In this document: positions 26,148 through 32,000 of the stretch, in pieces
Layout: every line of letters begins with the position of its first letter
Numbering within the stretch: the stretch's first letter is position 1
From: Desulfobacteraceae bacterium
GTDB taxonomy: Bacteria; Desulfobacterota; Desulfobacteria; Desulfobacterales; Desulfosalsimonadaceae
Length of the DNA: 32,000 nt
Assembly (NCBI GenBank): GCA_003599885.1
Contig: QZKW01000053.1
Location: 8,057 to 40,056 of the forward strand
Direction of reading: 5' to 3'
Program-made: the position numbers and the translations under genes
The notes under the pieces: generated by a model
Told to the model about the DNA's origin: nothing
What the model saw: the letters and a program-made list of their open reading frames with translations, nothing else
Databases searched by the model: none

Positions 26148-26708
26148 TTAATTGATTTCTGTAATTTCTATGTCATCAATCCAGAAGTTCCCGTTGGTCA
26201 GCAGTAAATCCAGAGTAATTTCTTGTGCATCCGGCGGAGCAACCGTTGTCAGCTTCAGGTTTTTCCATCCGTCCTCGCCTTTCATTTCCAGCATCAGGTC
26301 GATGGTGGGCATCGGAGAAGTCCGGGAGGGCTTATAGTTGAGTCTGATGGCCGGGGCGATAAAATTGGGGCTGTATCCTATGGCTTTGGCTTTTACCCAA
26401 ACGCTCAACTGGTATTTTTTCCCCGGGGTGATATCGGTCATTTTTTTCTCCGGATAAAGCAATAAGCTGCCACCGGGAGGATTGATTTTGACCATATATG
26501 AATATTTGCCGCCGTGCTTTTCAACGTCATCAAAGGAAAATCCAGCGGAAGTGCCCCGGTATACTTTGGTCACCCATCCATCCGGAAGCGTGTCTGTTTT
26601 TTTCGTTTCAAATCCCCCGTTGTGTACGATATTCGCTGCACAGAATCCGGGTGAAGCCATCATCAAAAAAACCATTAGAAATGCAATGCCAGCGACAATT
26701 TTTCTCAT
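26148..26708 (-). CDS. secreted single-domain carbohydrate-binding-module-like (CBM4/9-type jelly-roll) protein
   Basis: Signal peptide (IAFLMVFLMMASPGFCAA) followed immediately by NIVHNGGFE...DGW, later KYQLSVWVKA and C-terminal NFWIDDIEI. This is the pattern of CBM_4_9-like domains. No catalytic domain is attached. Confidence 0.6.
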   Translation of the reverse strand: MRKIVAGIAFLMVFLMMASPGFCAANIVHNGGFETKKTDTLPDGWVTKVYRGTSAGFSFDDVEKHGGKYSYMVKINPPGGSLLLYPEKKMTDITPGKKYQLSVWVKAKAIGYSPNFIAPAIRLNYKPSRTSPMPTIDLMLEMKGEDGWKNLKLTTVAPPDAQEITLDLLLTNGNFWIDDIEITEIN

Positions 26709-27042
26709 TGTCCCCCCTTTCGAAATGCCTATGGAGCTGTCGAAGTTGTACTCAGGTTGTATGAATCGGCTATAATTTATACTATGAATAAACGTTTCGC
26801 AAGGGAAAAAAGGATTGATGTGACAGCATATACTGATTCAGAGCCCCTTGCCGACACCAGCGGGCGGAGTATCAATCTTTTTCAGTGCTTCAAAACGTGT
26901 TAATTCGCTGTAAACGTAAAATATTATTGACACCGGAAGCAATCCGGTATTTGATGATTTTATCATAATTATAATTGGTTGGGCATGAATCATCCCTCTG
27001 GCGGGTATTTTATTCATTTTTCGACAAATCAAGGAGATTCCT

Positions 27043-27489
27043 ATGAAGTGTAAGCGAACGCCTGTATTGATCATCCTGTGTCTGCTGTTTATGAGTCTGT
27101 TTTTGGTTGCCTGTGAAAAGGAAAAAAAACAGGGCAAGCTATCGATTGCAGAGCAGACGTTTCATATGAGGCAGGATACAGAAAACACGTTTACCATTGA
27201 CGCAAAGGGTAAAATCAGAAATATTGGTGATGTGGATGTCAAAAACGTAGTTGTCACCGGTTACTGCAGGTCCTGTCCCGGCCTTTGGGGTGTCGGTCAG
27301 TGGCAGACCTCTCCGGATCTCGAAAGAATGCCCCAGCAAAAAGACACCATCAATTATATTGCCGCCGGGGGTGAAGAATCATTCAGCTTCACGGAAGTCG
27401 CAGACTATTTATTGACAGCCGACCGGAAAACACCGGAATTGCCTGAGAAACTGGAAGCCGTCATTGAGTCTTTTGAAACCGTCGAATAA
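27043..27489 (+). CDS. CxxC lipoprotein, paralog 1 of 4 (unknown family)
   Basis: AAGGAG RBS, lipobox LFLVAC and tether EKEKKQGK. Core GKIRNIGDVDVKNVVVTGYCRSC, QQKDTINYIAAGGEESFSF, and C-terminal ESFETVE. Confidence 0.8.
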   Translation: MKCKRTPVLIILCLLFMSLFLVACEKEKKQGKLSIAEQTFHMRQDTENTFTIDAKGKIRNIGDVDVKNVVVTGYCRSCPGLWGVGQWQTSPDLERMPQQKDTINYIAAGGEESFSFTEVADYLLTADRKTPELPEKLEAVIESFETVE

Positions 27490-27615
27490 TAATGTGCTGA
27501 ATAGTTTTTAAATTTCTGATCATTGTGCCGAAACAAAAATCAGCGGAGGACGGATATTTGGATGAGAACAGAAGAATGAAACCGTTTCTTAATTGACAAG
27601 CATGAGAGGTGTGCC

Positions 27616-28062
27616 ATGAAATTTTATATCCGTCTGACTGCGATTATGTTGTCCTTATTGTTTGTTTGCCTGTGTCTGTTTGCCTGTGAAAAGGAAAAAA
27701 AGCAGGGCAAGGTGATTGTTACGGAAAAAGAATTTTGGTTAGATGAGTATGGAAAGGTTACATTGTCATTAAATGTCAAAGGAAAAATTAAAAATGCCGG
27801 CGATGTGGATGTGAAAAATATTGTCGTCACCGGGCAATGCAAAACCTGTGGTGAGGTGTTGATCAGCGGCAGGTGGTTTGTTTCTGATACGGAAAAGCTC
27901 CCTGAGCAAAAAGATATCATCAATTTTTTACCGGCAGGCGCTGAGGAGCAATTTCAGTTTAAAGGCATTGCATATTTTTTTACCAAAGCCGGAGAAACGC
28001 CGTCGGCAAATCCTGAAGGGCTTGAGGTCTTCATAGAGTCATTTGAAGTTGTTGAAAAATAA
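27616..28062 (+). CDS. CxxC lipoprotein, paralog 2 of 4 (unknown family)
   Basis: GAGAGG RBS, lipobox LCLFAC and tether EKEKKQGK. Core GKIKNAGDVDVKNIVVTGQCKTC, EQKDIINFLPAGAEEQFQF, and C-terminal ESFEVVEK. Confidence 0.8.
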   Translation: MKFYIRLTAIMLSLLFVCLCLFACEKEKKQGKVIVTEKEFWLDEYGKVTLSLNVKGKIKNAGDVDVKNIVVTGQCKTCGEVLISGRWFVSDTEKLPEQKDIINFLPAGAEEQFQFKGIAYFFTKAGETPSANPEGLEVFIESFEVVEK

Positions 28063-28084
28063 TGTAATAATAATGAGGTGTGCT

Positions 28085-28552
28085 ATGAAATCGTATATTC
28101 GCCTGACTTCTCCAGCGCTGATTTTATTATTTGTTTGTCTTGCCGTGGTTGCCTGCGAAAAAAAAAAGGAAGGCAAGGTGGAGGTTGTCGCTCAGGAATT
28201 TGTTTTAAGGGCGGATTCCGATCATTCATATGTCATTGACGCCAAAGGCAAAATAAAAAACACCGGCGAAGTGGATGTGAAAAATATTGTCGTGACGTCA
28301 GTCTGCAAGTCTTGCAGTGAAATATTTGCTGTCGGGATATGGTTCATCACAGGGAGTGAAGGGAGTGAAGGATCTCAAAAGAATCCGGAGCAAAAAGATA
28401 CGATCAATTATCTGCCCGCAGGCAAGGAAGCGGAATTCAATTTTCAGGAAGCGGCGTATATGATGGTTCTGCCAAAAGGCTCTCCTCCCACCAGCAACAA
28501 GCCGGATCAGATTGAAGTGGTGGTTGAATCATTTGAAACGGTTGACAAATAA
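28085..28552 (+). CDS. CxxC lipoprotein, paralog 3 of 4 (unknown family)
   Basis: I chose ATG 28085 (GAGG at 28075-28078); the track ORF start at 28043 would overlap paralog 2. Lipobox LAVVAC and tether EKKKEGK. Core GKIKNTGEVDVKNIVVTSVCKSC, EQKDTINYLPAGKEAEFNF, and C-terminal ESFETVDK. Confidence 0.8.
   Translation: MKSYIRLTSPALILLFVCLAVVACEKKKEGKVEVVAQEFVLRADSDHSYVIDAKGKIKNTGEVDVKNIVVTSVCKSCSEIFAVGIWFITGSEGSEGSQKNPEQKDTINYLPAGKEAEFNFQEAAYMMVLPKGSPPTSNKPDQIEVVVESFETVDK
28351..28372 (+). repeat. 9-bp tandem duplication (AGGGAGTGA x2 plus partial AGGA) inside paralog 3
   Basis: Read directly. It encodes GSEGSEGS, an insertion relative to the other three paralogs, in the variable loop after the CxxC motif. 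Confidence 0.7.
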
Positions 28553-28660
28553 GGCCTTTCACAGGCATATTGCAGATTCACGTCAAACACTTTATACTTG
28601 ATCGTATTACGCTTAAATCTTTTCTCAAATGATTTTTTGGATCGAAAGAGGAGTTAGGCT

Positions 28661-29107
28661 ATGGTGAGATATCGTCGGCGATTTACTTTATTTTGTGTGT
28701 TGATGTGTCTGAGTGTTTGTCTTGTCTCCTGCGAAAAGAAAAAGACTGAGGGTAAAGTGGAGGTTTCTGCGCAGGAATTTGTTTTACGGCAGGATAAAGA
28801 AAATTCATATATTATTGACGCAAAAGGCAAAATTAAAAATACCGGCACAGTGGATGTCAAAAATGTGGTTGTGACCGGACAATGCGGCTCTTGCAGTGAA
28901 ATATGGACTATCGGGATATGGACGATATCGGGAACTGAAAAATGGCCGTATCAGAAGGATACCATCAGTTATTTACCCGCAGGCAGTGAAGGGGAGTTTA
29001 GTTTTAAAAGTGTCGCGGATTTTGCAAGCCGTGCGGGTGACCCGGCCCCCAGCATGCCGGATAAGCTTGCAGTCATTATTGAATCGTTTGAGACAGTTGA
29101 AAAATAA
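28661..29107 (+). CDS. CxxC lipoprotein, paralog 4 of 4 (unknown family)
   Basis: AGAGGAG RBS, lipobox VCLVSC and tether EKKKTEGK. Core GKIKNTGTVDVKNVVVTGQCGSC, YQKDTISYLPAGSEGEFSF, and C-terminal ESFETVEK. Confidence 0.8.
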   Translation: MVRYRRRFTLFCVLMCLSVCLVSCEKKKTEGKVEVSAQEFVLRQDKENSYIIDAKGKIKNTGTVDVKNVVVTGQCGSCSEIWTIGIWTISGTEKWPYQKDTISYLPAGSEGEFSFKSVADFASRAGDPAPSMPDKLAVIIESFETVEK

Positions 29108-29117
29108 TCGGTTAAGC

Positions 29118-30368
29118 TCAATCCGTTCGGTTTTCCTTTAACCGGATGACCACCGGGATGCCGATATTTTCCAAGAGATTGGCTTCAGCGCGATGAATTA
29201 ACGCTTCCAGCTCCTTGACCTCATCGGAAAAAATGGCGTCATTGACCGGTATCCAGACTTCGATACATTTTCTGTCAATTTTCCGGACATGGAATGCGGG
29301 GGGGGCCGGGGGGAGCCCTAACAGAGACTGAATGGCTGTCTGCATTTGTTGTATCTGAATTTTTACCCCATCGATATTTAACAGTTCATCGGTGCGTTCT
29401 CCGGCCCATTCGATGCGCCGGAGTTGCCTCCCGCAGGAGCAGGCCGCCCGGATGATTCGCGCCCGGTCGCCGGTTTTAAACCGGATCAGCGGAAACGCCC
29501 GGGTCGTCAGCGTGGTCAGCACCAATTCCCCAAACCGGTCCTCAGCCAGCACATCACCCGAAACCGGGTCCACAATTTCCGGAAGAAAGTGATCCTCATT
29601 GACATGAAGGCCTTCGTGGGCCTCACACTCAAAGGCAATGGCAGGCCCCGGCACTTCACTAAGACCGTAATGGACCCAAACCTTAACGCCTAACCGGTCT
29701 TCCAGTTTCTTTCGCGTATCCGGATCAATGGCTTCCCCCACAAGAATCAAGGTCTTTAACCCCATGGCTGTGGTGTTGATTTCTTCTTTGAGAACGTAAT
29801 CCGCCAGTTGGAGGGCGGAAGCGGGGGTGGTGATGAGAACGGAGGACCGGTAATCCATCAGCACCATCACTTTTTTTTCTATAGACATGGGGGTGTGAGG
29901 AATGACGCTGGCCTCAATGGCCTCAGCGCCGGATTTATAATCCCGGCCCCAGTTGGCGAGTCCTGGGGGTAAGGTGATCTGGAGGATGTCATGGGGGGTT
30001 ATATCCGAAGCCAGCAGCGCCCGGGTCAAAATGTTTTGCCAGACTGACAGGTCCTGGGGCGTGTAGCCGCTGACCGTAGGTTTTTGGGTGGTTCCGGGCG
30101 CGGTATGAATTCTCACGATGTCCCGCAGGGGGACCGCAAACAGGTCGTAGGGATAATTGTCACTGATATGATGGCGTTCCATAAAAGGCAGGCGGGCCAG
30201 ATCGGATAACTGATTGATATCGGATATATCAATGCCCATGTCTTTAAACCGTTTTTTATGGAAAGGCACATTGCGGTATGCCCGGTTTAACGTGCTTTGG
30301 AGCCTTTCCAATTGGAGCTGAATTTTTTCTTCCCTGTTCATGGACAGAAATTCATCTTTAATCATCAT
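29118..30368 (-). CDS. phenylacetate-CoA ligase family (PaaK-like adenylate-forming) protein
   Basis: From ATGATG at 30368/30365: MMIKDEFLSMNREEKIQLQLERLQSTLNRAYRNVPFHKKRF..., then the P-loop-like HTAPGTTQKPTV and later YGLSEV. This is the typical PaaK / coenzyme F390 synthetase-like layout of ~416 aa. The longer track ORF (to 30521) overlaps livF and is rejected. Confidence 0.85.
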   Translation of the reverse strand: MMIKDEFLSMNREEKIQLQLERLQSTLNRAYRNVPFHKKRFKDMGIDISDINQLSDLARLPFMERHHISDNYPYDLFAVPLRDIVRIHTAPGTTQKPTVSGYTPQDLSVWQNILTRALLASDITPHDILQITLPPGLANWGRDYKSGAEAIEASVIPHTPMSIEKKVMVLMDYRSSVLITTPASALQLADYVLKEEINTTAMGLKTLILVGEAIDPDTRKKLEDRLGVKVWVHYGLSEVPGPAIAFECEAHEGLHVNEDHFLPEIVDPVSGDVLAEDRFGELVLTTLTTRAFPLIRFKTGDRARIIRAACSCGRQLRRIEWAGERTDELLNIDGVKIQIQQMQTAIQSLLGLPPAPPAFHVRKIDRKCIEVWIPVNDAIFSDEVKELEALIHRAEANLLENIGIPVVIRLKENRTD

Positions 30369-31095
30369 AAAATTCTCCGTAATCTTTGCCAAGATAAGCG
30401 CGTTTGACTTCCTGGTCTGCGAGAAGCTCTGAGGCCGGACCCTGCAGAACGACGCTGCCGGTTTCAAAAACATAGCCATGATCGGCGATCTGGAGCGCCG
30501 CCTGGGCGTTTTGCTCCACAAGGAGGATGGTGATGCCGTCCTTTCTTAAGGATTCAAGAATCTGGAAAATTTTTTCAACAATCATGGGTGCGAGTCCCAT
30601 GGAAGGTTCATCCAGAAGCAGGAGCCGGGGATGCGACATGAGCGCACGTCCGATGGCAAGCATCTGCTGTTCCCCGCCGGAAAGCGTGCCAGCCGGTTGT
30701 TTGGCTCTTTGCCTTAAAATCGGAAACAGTTCCAGAACTTTTTCCAGGGTCTGGCGCACCAGGGCATGTTCCCGTTTGCGGTACATGGTGTATGCCCCGA
30801 GCTTCAGATTGTCCAGAACGCTCAGGGGCGGGAAGATCAAGCGGCCTTCCGGCACCAGGCTGATGCCTTTTTTGACGACCGCCGTCGGATCGCACCCTTT
30901 TAATGAAGCGCCCTCAAAAGCGATGTCCCCCTCCCAGCCCGGCAACAGTCCGCAGACTGCCTCAAGAAGCGTGCTTTTGCCGGAGCCGTTGGCCCCGATC
31001 AGGGCGATGATCTGGCTTTTTTTAACCGACAGACTCACGCCTTTGACGGCCATGATCCGGCCATAATAGCATTTCAGGTTGGTAATACGCAGCAT
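30358..31095 (-). CDS. livF: branched-chain amino acid (HAAT family) ABC transporter ATP-binding protein, LivF type
   Basis: Walker A GANGSGKST, signature LSGGEQQMLAIGRAL, Walker B LLLLDEPS, and the LivF-typical end AYLG. Confidence 0.85.
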   Translation of the reverse strand: MLRITNLKCYYGRIMAVKGVSLSVKKSQIIALIGANGSGKSTLLEAVCGLLPGWEGDIAFEGASLKGCDPTAVVKKGISLVPEGRLIFPPLSVLDNLKLGAYTMYRKREHALVRQTLEKVLELFPILRQRAKQPAGTLSGGEQQMLAIGRALMSHPRLLLLDEPSMGLAPMIVEKIFQILESLRKDGITILLVEQNAQAALQIADHGYVFETGSVVLQGPASELLADQEVKRAYLGKDYGEFYDD

Positions 31096-31146
31096 AAAAC
31101 CAATTTACCTTTTATTTTCCAGCTTCCTCTTTCAACCCATCAAGCA

Positions 31147-31938
31147 TCAGCCATCGGCCTTATTCTTCGATGTCCCGAGATATGCCGCAATAACAGCTTC
31201 GTCCTCCTGAACGGCACGGGGCGTTCCTTCGGCAATCTTTTTCCCCTGGTCCAGAACCACAATCCGGTCTGAAATTTCCATGGTTAAACTCATGTCATGT
31301 TCCACCAGCAAGACGGTGACGCCTTGTCCGCGAAATTTTTTGATCAGATCGCCCAATCTCATGGTTTCCACAATGTTGAGCCCTGACGCCGGTTCGTCAA
31401 GGAGCATGAGTTGCGGCCGGGAGGCCATTGCCCTGGCCAGTTCCAGCAGGCGCTGCCAGCCAAAGGGAAGATCGCCGCTGGTGGTGTAGGCATGCTCCCG
31501 CAGCCCGATCAGATCGAGAAGCTCCATGGCGAAGTCACGGGCTTTTTTTTCTTCTTCAGCCACCCAGGGCAGTCGGACGATGCTGCCCAGCATGCCGCAC
31601 CGGGTCCGGGTATGCTGGCCCACCAGGATGTTCTCAAGCGCTGTCATGCTGTCGAATAATTCCACATTTTGAAAAGTTCTGGCAATGCCTAAGCTTACGA
31701 GCTGGTGGGATTTTTTGTTGCGAATGCCGGTTCCGTTGAAGATGATGGTTCCGGTATCCGGGGGAAACACGCCGGAGATCAGATTGAAGAGGGTGGTTTT
31801 CCCGGCCCCATTGGGCCCGATCAGTCCGGTAATGGTCCCTTGGGTCAGGGAAAACGAGACGTCAGTGAGTGCCTGGAGCCCGCCAAACGCCTTGGACACC
31901 GATTCAATCTGGAGCAGCGGATGGTTGTTATCGGTCAT
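31147..31938 (-). CDS. livG: branched-chain amino acid (HAAT family) ABC transporter ATP-binding protein, LivG type
   Basis: Walker A GPNGAGKTT, LivG-type insertion after the Q-loop, signature LPFGWQRLLELARA, Walker B LMLLDEPA, and C-terminal AYLG. Confidence 0.85.
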   Translation of the reverse strand: MTDNNHPLLQIESVSKAFGGLQALTDVSFSLTQGTITGLIGPNGAGKTTLFNLISGVFPPDTGTIIFNGTGIRNKKSHQLVSLGIARTFQNVELFDSMTALENILVGQHTRTRCGMLGSIVRLPWVAEEEKKARDFAMELLDLIGLREHAYTTSGDLPFGWQRLLELARAMASRPQLMLLDEPASGLNIVETMRLGDLIKKFRGQGVTVLLVEHDMSLTMEISDRIVVLDQGKKIAEGTPRAVQEDEAVIAAYLGTSKNKADG

Positions 31939-32000
31939 TTATTTTTCCTGGCCCGTTCAAACATGTCCAACAGTCCCCGGGTTAAGCCTTTGGGAAGAAA
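31935..32000 (-). CDS. C-terminal 21 codons of an upstream permease (LivM type), 5' part outside the window
   Basis: The open frame reads ...FLPKGLTRGLLDMFERARKNK*. Its TGA overlaps the livG ATG (ATGA at 31935-31938). The P-x-G-L motif near the end is typical of LivM C-termini. Identity is inferred mainly from operon position. Confidence 0.45.
   Translation of the reverse strand, partial: FLPKGLTRGLLDMFERARKNK

Noticed and set aside
26838-27137. 99-aa minus-strand ORF spanning the CBM/lipoprotein intergenic region
   Set aside because: It overlaps the start of paralog 1, has no RBS, and its sequence is odd. It is most likely spurious.
28043-28084. Upstream start for lipoprotein paralog 3 (169-aa version)
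   Set aside because: It would overlap the end of paralog 2 and add residues before the signal peptide. ATG 28085 has a GAGG RBS and aligns with the start of paralog 2.
28158-28167. A10 homopolymer just after the lipobox Cys codon of paralog 3, and a similar ~A10 run at codons 4-7 of the 343-aa exported protein near 2579-2589, as possible phase-variation tracts
   Set aside because: Both are simply consecutive AAA lysine codons. Comparable A8-A9 runs occur in ordinary genes here: livG near 31545, the PaaK-like gene near 29871 and GT4 near 16086. The tracts therefore reflect Lys codon usage. My run-length counts are also uncertain by about 1 nt.
30369-30521. N-terminal 51-codon extension of the PaaK-like ORF in the track (467 aa)
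   Set aside because: The extension lies entirely within livF on the same strand in another frame and is Arg/Ser/Pro-rich. The family-typical N-terminus begins at MMIKDEF (30368).
1-32000. Search for tRNA/rRNA genes, CRISPR repeats, IS elements or terminal inverted repeats, integrases, and known defence-system or toxin-antitoxin gene pairs
   Set aside because: I could see nothing with the expected repeat periodicity, conserved tRNA arms or recombinase/nuclease motifs. Absence is based on reading by eye only.

Overview
This is a 32-kb chromosomal window of roughly 50% GC by eye, tightly packed with about 35 protein-coding genes on both strands. I found no rRNA, tRNA, CRISPR array, transposase, integrase or prophage signature. 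The gene content fits an anaerobic Desulfobacterota-type bacterium, but that is a weak inference; it rests on a Na+-translocating biotin-dependent decarboxylase operon, a Liv-type ABC transporter in one operon with a PaaK-like ligase, and many exported or lipid-related proteins. In order, the window holds: a partial EamA transporter; a DUF3108 plus exported-protein pair; an O-methyltransferase; an esterase plus hemolysin-III/PAQR pair; a membrane metallophosphoesterase; and a cytidylate-kinase-like protein. Next comes a five-gene decarboxylase operon: carboxyltransferase alpha, Na+-pumping beta, an OadG-like subunit with an unusual ~150-aa periplasmic N-terminal domain, a biotin carrier, and a translationally coupled alpha/beta hydrolase. 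A TetR-headed operon (GT4 glycosyltransferase, polytopic membrane protein, cysteine-cluster protein) then lies divergent from a neutral ceramidase and an Lgt-like/CPBP-protease fusion gene, with a perfect 24-bp palindrome in the shared control region. The rest is small conserved-unknown genes (DUF1285-like, DUF1499), a lipoprotein penicillin-acylase-family Ntn hydrolase, a CX5R tyrosine phosphatase, a secreted CBM-like protein, four tandem paralogous ~148-aa CxxC lipoproteins I cannot place in any family, and the 3' part of a livM-livG-livF-paaK-like operon. The two best candidates for undescribed biology are the four-gene lipoprotein array (27043-29107) and the TetR-controlled ceramidase / Lgt-CPBP locus (13322-20807). 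All family assignments come from motif recognition by eye and memory; no database search was possible.
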